Positions 1 to 13,550 of a DNA stretch of 64,000 nucleotides are shown in pieces. The notes beneath the pieces are model-generated. The model saw nothing but the letters and a program-made list of their open reading frames with translations. It was not told the DNA's origin and made no database searches. The DNA is from Amoebidium appalachense (taxonomy: Eukaryota; Protista; Ichthyosporea): NCBI GenBank assembly GCA_963693365.1, contig CAVNZM010000009.1:3598231-3662230 (forward strand), in the 5' to 3' direction. A program made the translations under genes and the position numbers. Numbering within the stretch: position 1 is the stretch's first letter; each line of letters opens with the position of its first letter.

Positions 1-344
1 CATTCCCGTATTCCAGTGTGCTCGGCAATGCTGCTCATGGCCTTCCCGGACTGGTTGTGACCAGTAAAGAGCGCGCCAATTCCGGCCCGGGTACCATATC
101 AGGAGCGGGCAATTTTTGAATTCTCCCTCCCCGGCCCCGCCGGGGAAAATTTGAGGTTTTTGGACCTCAAAGAAGTCAAATCCTGCAAAATCCACTACCG
201 GGAGGCCAAAAAGGGTGATTTTACAAAAAAGGAGGGACATACATGAAAAAGAGAAAATGGGCGAGTTCAGTGGGCTGCCGATAAGTATATTTCGTGCTGG
301 GCCGGTATACATGCTGCCGTGGTTGTTGCTGTAGACGGCAGTAT

Positions 345-824
345 TGTAAACAACTGTACACATGAACTGTACATGTTTACTAAAGAATGTGATCTACTAG
401 CACACGATTCGTGCTTTGTCATGAATATCACATAAATATTATGTCCGCACCAATAGGACTCACTCTGACCTAAGAATTGAACCATATATGGTTCTTCAGC
501 TGCATACCACATAAACGAAGTGAACCAATAAGAGGTTTGCATAAATAGGACAAAGGTCTGACTGGCTCGGACCGCACCAGAATCACGAATGGCATGTTGC
601 CACCCGCGCTGGCCGCGGATGAACCAATCCTGGGCCTTGATCCGAAACCTGGGGGCTATATAACAAAGCCGTCCCAGTACGGGGATCACATCAGTGAAGT
701 CTGAGACAGACTGAGTCGGCCCATAGTAAAAGCAACCTGGCCGCGTGTGCCTTTCTACCCGTTCTCTGTCTTTATTTTGATTCAGTTGTACTCTGCCTTA
801 TCCTAACTAGTCCAACTGTTTACA
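345..824 (+). repeat. 5' LTR (480 bp)
   Basis: TG...CA with 8-bp terminal inverted repeat; no differences from 3456-3935 seen by eye; TATA-like GCTATATAA near 655-663. Confidence 0.95.
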
Positions 825-825
825 T

Positions 826-842
826 TGGCGACCGCGGCAGGA
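826..842 (+). promoter_or_regulatory. Primer-binding site, probably tRNA-Ser
   Basis: TGGCGACCGCGGCAGGA starts 1 nt after the LTR; its reverse complement TCCTGCCGCGGTCG-CCA resembles a tRNA-Ser 3' end (G discriminator, TCCTGC T-stem). Confidence 0.75.
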
Positions 843-969
843 CACTGTTTTACATTGCCAACTGTTTACATTGGCGACCGCGCAGTTCAAGAATCTCGCA
901 TCCTTCGAATCTCACATCTTTCAATCAGTTCAAGAATCTCACATCTTTCAATCAGCTCAAGAATCTCCC

Positions 970-3000
970 ATGGCCGATCACAATCCTTATTACCCCGATG
1001 ATAGGCACATCTTTCCTTGTCCGGCTTAGAATATATACACCGACAAGTTTGAAGTGGCCAGCCCACCTACACGGAAAGAATTGAAAGCATGTAAAACTTC
1101 TTTTGCTACGACACATCAAAAATGTGAAGAAAAACGAATACACAACGAAACAACGAATACACGAACAAACGAATAAAGAATTGCTAACGAAGCAATGAAC
1201 CAACGAAAAACGAACCATCACGAATACACAATGAAATAAAGAATGAACGACAAACGAATGCATAGAGGAAATACGAAATGAATGCAACACGAAATCAAAA
1301 CGAAGTAACGAATTTATCAAACGACAAAAAACGAAAAACGAAAGCAAAATGAACTGGAAATACGAAAATGCAAGAACGAATGCACAACACTGCTTGGGTT
1401 GCAATGCACACAGCCCCCTCTATGTTAGGAAGAAAATAAAACCGTTGCCCTTGCGTGCATTGCGCTATTGCACACTGTCATCGTGTCCATGCCACCGCAT
1501 GCACCTCCACACTCGCAAGCCAGATGCACGGCCACTTTCAGCACGAATGCATTTAAAGAAGAAGATAGTCGCTGTTCCTATAGCATTGAGGACATAAGGT
1601 GCTGTGAAAGTAGTTTTGCATGCATGCTTCGAATTTCTTGCTGTTTTCGAATACAGCATGCCCCATAGTTTAGCGCACAGGATGCACAACATGCGCATGA
1701 ATGTATGCTGGCATGCCTAAACACATTACGAACATATGCCTCATGTATGGCGGCCCTTCCTGGTGCCACGCCCTAACGAATTTGCACTCTTGGTGCACAA
1801 AAGGCATGTAATAAAGTCGATGCAGAACTTTTGTTCATGCATGTGAAAAACAAAGAAGGTGTTGGGTACGAATTTTAAGGTGAATGCCCGTCTGTGGCAA
1901 TACTGTGTAACATACCAATTACACTGTCAAGCCTTGCACTAGCTGCCGGCACACCCCCACCAGAACAAAAGAATGTGGTATGGGCACCGTTCCCTCACAA
2001 CCCCAGCATACAGTGTCAGTATTTTGGCTGGAAGCCTTTCAGTTTCGAATTACGAATACCCTCCTTCACTACTGAAGAAAGTGACGTGGAAGACGAATAC
2101 GAATACGAATGCAAGGTGTTGTTGACTAACACATCGGACCATCATGTGTACCTAGGCCCTGGTACGGAGGTGACCATGTTATTCCCTTGCAATATGATGA
2201 CACTGTAACAATTTAGCACGTGCATACCCCACCAATGGGCACATGCGGGAGACAACCCCACAAGCTGCCTTATTGGGCACCTCTGCTAAAACGAATATTC
2301 TTCTCACGAAGGAACAGAAGAATGCCACGAACACGAACCACACACCCCCCAGGCAGCTACTTACGTCTGATGTATGAAAGTAGTAGGTGTGTGAATGGGG
2401 TAACTACATGAACACCAACACGAAAGCAAGCACAGCACAAAGCAGTTCCACGAATACGAATGGTTTTGGTATTCCACACAACGAACAGAACCTACAGTAG
2501 GGCCACCTACAAATGAAGCAGAGGATGGGGCACCATCCAGACCTGCACTGGAGGATATGAAGATACGAAGCGCGCTCACGAAGTTGCTTACAAAAGAAAG
2601 GGCGACTGTGACGACTTTTCTTTTTAGGCCAAGCCTCCAGAAGAATGTATTATGCCTGGAATCCCCCTGCTCAACGAAAATGGCTGGCAAATGGGATATG
2701 AAAACTGCTCACGAATGGAAGCATGTGTTTTCTGAAGGAGGCTTGCTTTGCCTACCCTCTTCTTATGAATTATGAACCGGGCTTTTACTGGTTCTGACGG
2801 GTGATATATTTCTTTATGTCGCCCAACGAAGAACACTTGGGCATTTTTATTCTGTTTTTCCCAGCTCCGATGATGCAGGGTTAAAGCTGAAAGGAAAGAA
2901 GTGCTCTTTGTTCATGAAAGAAGTGGCTTTTCCGGCCATGGTGACTCGCCTTACAGTCTTAAGGTAGAACCGGGATAAGGAGCAGCGGCTAAGCCTTGAA
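970..3000 (+). pseudogene. Degenerate gag-pol remnant (protease/RT fragments; no recognisable RNase H or integrase)
   Basis: ALRT*GA near 1583-1603 (decayed ALxDTGA); KVLLTNTSDHHVYLGPGTEV linker near 2113-2172; MNRAFTG near 2772-2792; AGLKLKGKKCSLFMKEVAF..GH at 2875-2940, a typical Gypsy RT C-terminus; many stops and frameshifts. Confidence 0.75.
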
Positions 3001-3444
3001 GCTATCCACCACTACCTGAGCTACGAAGTGACCTAAGGCTCGAGTTATATTCATTATCGAATGTTTGGTATGATCATTCATCCACACAACCAAATTACTC
3101 GCAATTGAAAACGAATCTGCGGGAGTATCCTAAAAAGGAAAAATTCCCAAAAAGGAAAATACTACTTCTACAGAAAAGCCAAGCACAGAGACGAAGGCTT
3201 AGCGAATTATTCGCACGCACACTCTGCAACAATCTTCGCCACGAAAATGAAATCACAGAAGAATGCTGCATGAATTTACGTTTTGGCAAATGAAGAAGTG
3301 CTCATAGACGTGCACAACTCTATTCCACCGTCCTTGCTCTGTTCTGTCCAGCAGCTCGGCACACACAAGAATTCTCGCTGAAGGTTGTTTATCGCCTCTC
3401 AGCCTGGTGGTTTGCTTGTCTAACGACACCACCAGGCTCCCGAC

Positions 3445-3455
3445 AAGGGGGGGAG
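3445..3455 (+). promoter_or_regulatory. Polypurine tract
   Basis: AAGGGGGGGAG directly before the 3' LTR. Confidence 0.9.
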
Positions 3456-3935
3456 TGTAAACAACTGTACACATGAACTGTACATGTTTACTAAAGAATG
3501 TGATCTACTAGCACACGATTCGTGCTTTGTCATGAATATCACATAAATATTATGTCCGCACCAATAGGACTCACTCTGACCTAAGAATTGAACCATATAT
3601 GGTTCTTCAGCTGCATACCACATAAACGAAGTGAACCAATAAGAGGTTTGCATAAATAGGACAAAGGTCTGACTGGCTCGGACCGCACCAGAATCACGAA
3701 TGGCATGTTGCCACCCGCGCTGGCCGCGGATGAACCAATCCTGGGCCTTGATCCGAAACCTGGGGGCTATATAACAAAGCCGTCCCAGTACGGGGATCAC
3801 ATCAGTGAAGTCTGAGACAGACTGAGTCGGCCCATAGTAAAAGCAACCTGGCCGCGTGTGCCTTTCTACCCGTTCTCTGTCTTTATTTTGATTCAGTTGT
3901 ACTCTGCCTTATCCTAACTAGTCCAACTGTTTACA
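3456..3935 (+). repeat. 3' LTR (480 bp)
   Basis: Direct repeat of 345-824, followed by TSD AGTAT. Confidence 0.95.
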
Positions 3936-4556
3936 AGTATGGCATCGCATGTGTCACGTGACCTGCACGTGAATGCGACCATGTGCAGGCACTGAGTCTA
4001 GGGGGATTTGTATGTGTGTTTTGGAGCACCGACAAGGCAGAGCCAGGGTGAGGGATGTGTAAACATGGAGTTTAGGGAGATCGTGCTGCTATTGTAACAT
4101 GTGCACAAAACAGCCACGTGCACCGGCACACTCCGGTGTACAGAACAATAATATGCACATGCGTCACTGTAATATCATGTATGCGCATGCCGCACAAGGT
4201 TTAGGAGACCACCACAGTATATACTATTTTCTTTTGGTTGATATCCATGTAGGAATGGTGTGTTGCAGTTGTCATGATCAGCCTGAGGCAGGCACGTGCA
4301 CTCACTGAATCACTAGAACTCATGAATAAAAAATACATTCGCTAAAAACGGCAAGGTAAATTTGGGGCCAAGCTATTATTTCCCCCTTTTAAACGTTTTT
4401 TTAGCTCCAAGAACTTCGACGCCAAAATTTCTATATTTGGCCATCGTATATGATAATGAACACGTGTACTTAAATTAAAGTAGTTATATAAATATGAGCG
4501 GCCCGTTACAAATACAGTGACGAAAAACAGTGACCCACGAGCAGTTTTTCTTTCTA

Positions 4557-4610
<54 letters not shown>

Positions 4611-4927
4611 ACACACCAGACACACACACCACCACCACGGTGACCACCACCACCACCACCACCACCACTCACCCCTTAAAAAAACCACACACATACGTGC
4701 ACGTGTACACACACACACAGAACACCACCACCACCTCCACTGGACCCCATTTCCTCGTTGTTTTCTTAAGCCTTCAGACCAGTCCTGCACACTGGAGTTA
4801 AACAATTGAATTCACCTAGGCTGACATGCATCCACCCCCGCCTTCCACTTCCCCTCCCCCCACCCCCACCCCCCACCCCCCCCACCCCCACCCCCTCCCC
4901 CTCGATGAAGAAGGGCCCCCGTAAGCC

Positions 4928-4961
<34 letters not shown>

Positions 4962-5025
4962 GGGGGAGGGGAGGGGGGAGCTCTTGAGCCTCCGGGTAGG
5001 GAAGTGGGGTCCGGGGATCCGGAGA

Positions 5026-5056
<31 letters not shown>

Positions 5057-5220
5057 AAGGGGGCATATAATATTGGGCCTAGATATCATAGTATGGGGCC
5101 CCGGGGGAGGGAGAGGTGGGGGGAGGGGGGGGGAGGATCCACGGGAAAGACCTTTAGGTGCATGTTCTTATTTATACCCCCTTCGAATCATCCCCCTCTC
5201 CCCCCCCCCCCCTCCCCCCC
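4557..5220. repeat. Poly-C / poly-G / (CAC)n low-complexity region
   Basis: Several C and G homopolymer runs of 20-38 nt. Confidence 0.9.
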
Positions 5221-5819
5221 CTGAGTGCAGGCCGTGACGTAGCTACGATAACCCTGCAGAAGGCAACAAAAATGTATTAATTACTAGCACTATACATGTG
5301 TTCATAGTGCAGCTTGCACCACGTATGATCTCAGCAACTTTAAAGTAGTCACAAAGTTTAGTTATTTTCATTATTTTCATTGCTCTGAACTCTATTACTC
5401 TGAAATGATCACCGTGCATGTGCCGCAAGATAACAACCCTATATGTGTGCAGCTGCTGCCTGCAGGTTAGACTCGCTGAAAAGACAATTGTCAGTGTGCA
5501 TCCGACGCTTGCAGCTGCAGCTAGCCTCTGCAACATTAATACTTGCCAAGTGAATGCTCTTACACTTGATCATCATTCACTCAAAAAACCGAGGACCGAC
5601 AGATTAAATATTAATGTCGATCCGAATGATCAGCAAGTGTCTATGCGTACTACTATATATACACACACGTAAAATGCGAAGCTATCAGTTACAAGGCACA
5701 CCTGCTGCACTGGCACACATACACATACACACCGGCAGATCGATGCTGTCAAAATTTACTTTCATGTACTTCGTAGGTCCGACACAGGTGCACATGAACA
5801 CGTACATATGTACAAGCCG

Positions 5820-5963
5820 CGCACACACCACACCACACATACACACACACACACACACACACTCACACACACACGCACACACGCACACACGCACACACGC
5901 ACACACGCACACACGCACGCACGCACACACACACACACACACACGCACGCACGCGCGCGCGCG

Positions 5964-6039
<76 letters not shown>

Positions 6040-6062
6040 GACACACACACACACACACACAT
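5820..6062. repeat. (CA)n/(CG)n compound microsatellite
   Basis: Direct inspection. Confidence 0.95.
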
Positions 6063-6476
6063 CACTGGGTGCGCTCGCTGGGGATTAGTTTTTTGGCACG
6101 CTGTTGACTTTATCGTGTGTTTATTATTTGCTATTTATTGGCCAGCGGCCAACATTTAAAAATATACTATATACCTAAAAATAAATACTGACTACGGCCA
6201 GCAGACATTATACACCTTCCAGGACACATTAACACCAATAGTCTAACACACCATACTCTCGATCACAAAGAATTCCTAACAAACAGAGAAAAGTGCAAAG
6301 GCTCTGTACTATTACTCAGATTCTAAACTTTAATTCTTTACAGTAAACTTCGGAATGAAAGCTAGCCCCCCCCCCCCCCCCCCCCCTCCCCCCCTAACAT
6401 GACTGTACGAAGAACAGGTATAACTTGAAGCACTACAACACATATGAGATCCGTTACATTGGTGTACATTCCAATA

Positions 6477-7776
6477 TTAGACACTAGTTTGGCTACTCTG
6501 ACTACTCTGAGATCCTGATTGGCTGCCTGCAGACTTGCGGCCACGATTACTTTGCTTTCGATCGTGCCATTGCAGCTGCGTCTCTCCAGCAGGTGGCAAC
6601 GCCAGGCCCAGCACAGCAGATGCACGAGAAGGGGGTGGGAACTGCCCACCAGCCGAGGGCTGGCCCACATGGCCCAAGTAAGGATGGGGACCGTGCTGCG
6701 GCAGTAGCCCAGGCATGGGGAAGGCAGGGCCGGGCTGAGGCGGCATGATGCCCCACGGTGGGGGCCAGCCATGTGGGTGGTGCGGGCCTGGATGGGGTGC
6801 AGGGGGCATGTGCGGCACATGGCCCTGCTGCATGTCAAGCGCGGGTGCTGGTGGCATGGCATCCTGATTGGCTGCAACCCAACGTGGGCAGCTCTTGGCC
6901 CGATTGGAGCCGGGGCAGCCCTTGCCCTGGCGGCCACACGTCTTGCAGGTCTTGGGGGCTCTCTGGGGTGGCTGCATAGGAGGGGGCACCGGCAAATCCA
7001 TCTGCAGGGGCCCCTCAGGGCCAATGTTGCGATGCTTTTTGCCCACTAGCATGGGCAAGGGCCGCTCACGCTGCGCCCCTGCATCGACACCGTCTGGAAC
7101 AGGGAGGGGTGGCAGGGGGGCAGGCCGTATGGTTGCTGGCACAGCGTCTGCCCTCTCCTCGCGCATACGCTTGCGGTGATCTGCCAGGCCCTCGTGTGTG
7201 GAGCGCTGTGCATGTGCCGTCTGCCAGGTCTTCCACTTGTCGAAATGCTTCTTGATGTAGGCCGCATCCTTCATGTAGATTCCCCCAGCCACAGAGGCAG
7301 CCTTGTTGAAGTCTTGGGCCAAAGCCTCGAACAGCTGGCCGTTGGGCTTTGCATGTGCCTTGTAGGTGCCCAGGAGCAGCGTGCTGAATAGCTTGCGCTC
7401 CTGAGGGGTAAGCACCGGAAGGAAGGGGATGGCCACATGTTGCTTCTGCGCCAGGAACTTGTAGTCGCCCCTCAGTGCAGGGTCCGGCTGTGGTGCACCA
7501 CGCGCCACCTGGTTGCCCCCCCCCCATGGCAGCACCGTCACCCTCCTCGACCTCACAGTCCTCTGGCCCGCCCATCACGCCATTGGCTGCAGGCTCGATG
7601 TTATCAGACGGAGGTGGGGGTGCGGGCACCGCAACTGGCTCCTGCGCCGGGGCATTGGCCACACAGGAGAGCGGGGCAAAGTTGAAGTACAGCAGTGTAT
7701 GATCTGTTATCCATATTCGGCAAAAGGGGTCTTGCCCAACCAATGGCTTGAATCCTTGTAACTTTGCTTTATCCAT
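6477..7776 (-). pseudogene. C-terminal remnant of a transposon-like protein with a CxxC...CPG...C zinc-finger-like motif and Pro/Gln-rich tail
   Basis: GC3-rich coding-like frames 7776 to ~7520 and 7556 to 6477, joined by a frameshift in a G-run; motifs YKFLAQKQHVAIPFLPVLTPQERKLF, DFN, IYMKDAAYIKKHFDKW and KTCKTCGRQGKGCPGSNRAKSC resemble, from memory, the C-termini of large fungal/oomycete putative transposases (DUF6729/exonuclease-bearing type); unverified. Confidence 0.55.
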
Positions 7777-8121
7777 ATAAGGTTAGCTGAACACCCCCCC
7801 CCTCCAATCATACCCCCCCCTTCTCTCTAGTAGTAGCTCCTTGGGACTTGGGGCCCCGGGTACAACTTTTGGCCCGGGTACCATATCAGCGCAAAAACTT
7901 CCCGCCCAAATTTTCATATTTGGCTAATCGTGCGATTGCGCAAAAATTATTGGTCCATACGATTTTTTTTTCATTCTTTCGATATTCCTACTTTTTTAAT
8001 GTTTTACCAAAACGTTTTTTTCTGTATATTATGGTGTGTGTGTGTATGCCCGCAGGAGAGTCTCATGATGTGCACGGATACGCATATGTGAAAAGCCTTA
8101 AGGGGAAAACCACCGAGGGTA

Positions 8122-8153
<32 letters not shown>

Positions 8154-8685
8154 CCGTCTGTATTTATGGGGTTGATGTGGTTGTGTGTGCTTAGTGACTG
8201 TCGGGATTATGTTAAAGTTGTCCGTGCACGTTTAGTCATACAAGTTTATGACTGAGAGATTTGTGTGGCTTGGCATGCTACGGCGTGTGCAGATAAATTT
8301 ATATTTGCGCCCGCACCCGCGCGTGTGTCTGTATGCTTGTGTGTGACACTGTGTTTACGTATGTGCCTAGCTGTGTGCATCTGTGTGTGCATGCACATCA
8401 TGCATATGGTGTGCAGCTCAGGCGGATTTTGCACACCCTATACACCCTCATAGCCCCGGCCACTACAGTATACACACACACACTCATATCTACCCCATAA
8501 ACACAGACAGAACTCGGTGCAAAACGTTCTGCAAATGGGCTTGGCAGAATTTTTCTGCAAAAGCAGATATAATTTAAAATTGCTATAAGCAGATCAATCC
8601 TGCTTTATGCAGAATATTTCTGCTTTTTTGCCGGATAATTCTGCTCGGAGCAAGAGGTGGCGGTGGTGCACGCGGGTGGTGGTGG

Positions 8686-10080
<1,395 letters not shown>

Positions 10081-12802
10081 TTTGTGTTCACAGGACATAA
10101 CAAGCAGGTTGACCGGACTCTCAGGGCGTCCATGGCAATGCGATAGGACATTGCAGACAGGACGTGGTCTCAACTTGTAGCATGTCGTTTTCAATCAGCT
10201 TAGAACAAGAGAGCAGTAGACGAGAACAAGTAACTGTGCAACCTGAACATGTAGACTGGTCCATTGTTCAGCTTTGGGCAAGATGCAACCTGCAGCTTTA
10301 GTGCATGAATGTAAGTGCGCCTAGGAGCATTGGGCTCACACAAGGGAATGTAGTTCAGAAACCAGGGGTTTCAACACAGCTTACTGTTGCACATTCAAAC
10401 GTGGCTTTATAATTATTAGATCATTCATGGTGGGTGGTCGAAAATGGATGACTCGAATTGTCGAAACACAGTACTGTAGTACAGTCGTGTAGCCCTATGT
10501 ACGTGTTGTACAAATGTATCTCGATCTGTTGTTGTTACCGAGGCTAAGCGGCTGGGATAACTTGTGATAAGATTCATTCTATTCGCTGACAAAAGCAAAT
10601 AACGATCCGTATTTGGCTATTATGTGTCCAATATAATAGCCTCGTAGTATGATTCGTCATATATCAGTAGCTATACAAAGCTTTTATATTCTGAAATATG
10701 ATTGGTGTTTCGGCACAATCATCTATTTGGGCGGCCAGTTGCAGATTGTGCAAAAGCTGGCAGCTGCCAGCTGCTGCGGCCCACTCCGTGAAAACCAACG
10801 TTGGCTCAGCCTGGGTCCGTGCGTTGACGCTTCTACCTATTTTTAAAAAAAAAACCTACTCATGATCATTCGCTTGACACCATAATGACCTCAACCGGGC
10901 CGAAACAGCGGCTGTGTTCTTCCTTAACCATATGCTCAGTGCATTTTAAAAGCCTTTATATCGAACATAGCTTATCACTTATAAATACAAGTATGTTTAA
11001 GGGAAATATCAACCTAGGCCGGTGCACCACCTTTGTGCATCATGTGGTGGAGGGGCATATCAACAGCTATAATGAGGCAGAGTTGACGCCTCTGTTTGAA
11101 AAGTTCGGCCATCGAAAAACACATAGCTGTTGCCAGAAGGCATATCGAAGGGTTAGAATTCAATTGTTGGCGCTCGCTGAAGCCATAGAATCATAGATCC
11201 CTTCCAAGAGGGCCACCATCTCGTCATTCACCAGAGCTTCTGTCACCAAGCGCTTGCCCTCCTTGGATGATGAGAGGAAGCGCCCCAGCAAGAAGACCAA
11301 AGTCAAGAATTCTGACGAGTCCACCGACTCGCTCCCCCCACTCGCCTGTCCACGTCAACTAGTTCTTTTGTGTTTTCGGAACCTCTGCCTTCACCCACGA
11401 TATGTTGATGGGGATATCCATACGATAGATCATTTTTGGTGTAGAAATGGTTGGGAAAGGGGGGGGATTCGGTGGTGTTTTGGGTCATATGATGACCTCC
11501 AATAGTTATCTGGATCATGCCGGAAAATACTATCTGTTGCCAGGGTTGCCCTGTTTCCGCACTTCTGTTAGTTTTCTACGATTCCAACAATTGTACTAAC
11601 ATTAGTCCTACTATTCTTCAGTCACAGAAGTCCAGGAAGATGACGAGCAACTTCAACGACGAGGATGAATGCCCCTACAACCGCGAGGATCAGCTCGAGG
11701 TCCTTTTTTACACACTGGTGTTGTCGGGCAAGCACCCAACCTACACCTCCCAGAGGATGCGAAAGCTCATCCGCTCCTACAGTCGCGCCGCCATGAGGGA
11801 GCAGTTGCGCGCCGCGCCCTCCTGGGCAAGGAGGCGAGACTGCCAGTGCTTGATGATCCAGAGCCGCCTCCGTCTCCATCTGGGCCTGGGCTGGGCCGCA
11901 CCCCTACCACCCCTTCCCGTCGCCCAACCCCCTCCCCCTCCAAGAAACGCCCCGAGACATTATCCTTTCAGGAGACCACCCAGTTCCTGGTAGGCAACCT
12001 ATCCCTCCCTTGGTTTCGTTTTGATTTTGTTTCTCTTACCTATTGTAGTAGTTATGTTTCAAACAACCCTCCCCCCACCAATCTCTGTGATCAAAGCTCA
12101 TCCTTGTGAAGGAATTGTTGCCATCCCACCACCTCATGCTGCCACCTCCTAATGCATTCATCCCCCCCTACCCGCACTAAACCCATCCCTACTACATCCA
12201 CACCCTTATTCTGTCTAAGTGGATAAACTGAAGGAACTATTCAAACTTGGTCATTTCAAAGCAACTGCTACAGCACGTTTCCAGCATGGAGGATTTATAG
12301 CTCCATCAAGATTTATTCACATCGTCATTCTTGTTTTCTAACATTTTCCATCACCGTCAGAATGACTATGTGGAAAAGTCCTCCAAGACCCACAACATCT
12401 ACCAGCACCTTGTGCTGGAGTCACCCCAGATCAACAACGCCCACGATGGGGACCTGGCTGGAAAGTTCGTCGAGGTTCTTCAGAAAGTCGAGACGTCAAG
12501 CGCGAACCTGAATCAGGAGGCCGTGGCCAAGTGGGTCCACATCATCCGCAAATGTGTGCGTAGCGATCCCGCACAGAAGTATATCTCCAAAATCCGCACG
12601 GGCATCACCTCCATCAAGTCCAATGTCCACCAGCACGTCCGCAACTTCCTGAGGACTGGGTACGTTGTACCTGGGACCAATCTCGATGTATTCCCCCCCC
12701 CCCCCCCCCCCCCCCCCGCCGTCCCCCGCCTCCGTACTCAACGGACTCCTTCTATGACAATGGGCTTAACTCTTCTCACACGCATCCTAGCACACAGGTT
12801 AC

Positions 12803-12930
12803 TTTGTTCTAATCTACTTGTATGCCATTAACGTCATTTGTACAGGGATGGAGATATGTAGCTGTTTTGTTCTAATCTACTTGTATGCCATTAACGTCAT
12901 TTGTACAGGGATGGAGATATGTAGCTGTTT
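12803..12930. repeat. 63-bp tandem duplication (intronic)
   Basis: AATCTACTTGTATGCCATTAACGTC... at 12811 and 12874. Confidence 0.9.
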
Positions 12931-13550
12931 CAAGTAGTAATGTAGTAATAATACTTTCTTTTCATTGTATTTATATAATATTTTATTGACAGTCTTCTGT
13001 AATACACAATCATGGACTAACCCCCCCCCCCCCTCCCCCCCCCCCCCCCCCCCCCCCACAACGCCACCGCCACCTGCTTCACCACCACTCGCTTCTGTTT
13101 CCTTTCTTTTGCTGCATTCAAACACACATTCACAGCTGGTCGCCTACGCCCCAACTGCCGATGAGCGACCAGCGCTGTGGCTGGCCCTCCTGGATGAGGT
13201 CAAGCTGAATGGCCAGCCGTGCGGCCGCGTGTACTCTGTCGACCCTGAAACGGGCAACCCGTTCGGGTACCAGCCGTTTTCCCGCCTGTTCAGCAGCATC
13301 TCATTGAAGGCTGTGCGGCTTGTCCTTGGCAACAAGACTGCCTTGGTATGTAATGTCCCCAACAAATCACTTTCAACACATTCTGAGTCTAGACTACATC
13401 AAAGGACCCCCCCCCCCCCCCCCCCCTTCCCTCCTGCCCACCACCCACTCACACATACTCGCTCTTCAACCAACACACGTGTGTACACACACATACACAC
13501 ACACACACTCCCTTTCACCCTTCCACGTTCTCCTCTGATCACCGGTTTAA

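Larger units (their letters stand above)
345..3935 (+). mobile_element. Non-autonomous Ty3/Gypsy LTR retrotransposon, full insertion with TSD
   Basis: Two 480-bp direct repeats (345-824, 3456-3935) starting TGTAAACA and ending TGTTTACA; 5-bp TSD AGTAT at 340-344 and 3936-3940; PBS after the 5' LTR, PPT before the 3' LTR; degenerate protease/RT remnants inside. Confidence 0.95.

Noticed and set aside
267-689. 140-aa and 126-aa near-identical minus-strand ORFs (also 3420-3800)
   Set aside because: Antisense frames across the two LTR copies; identity reflects the LTR duplication, not a gene.
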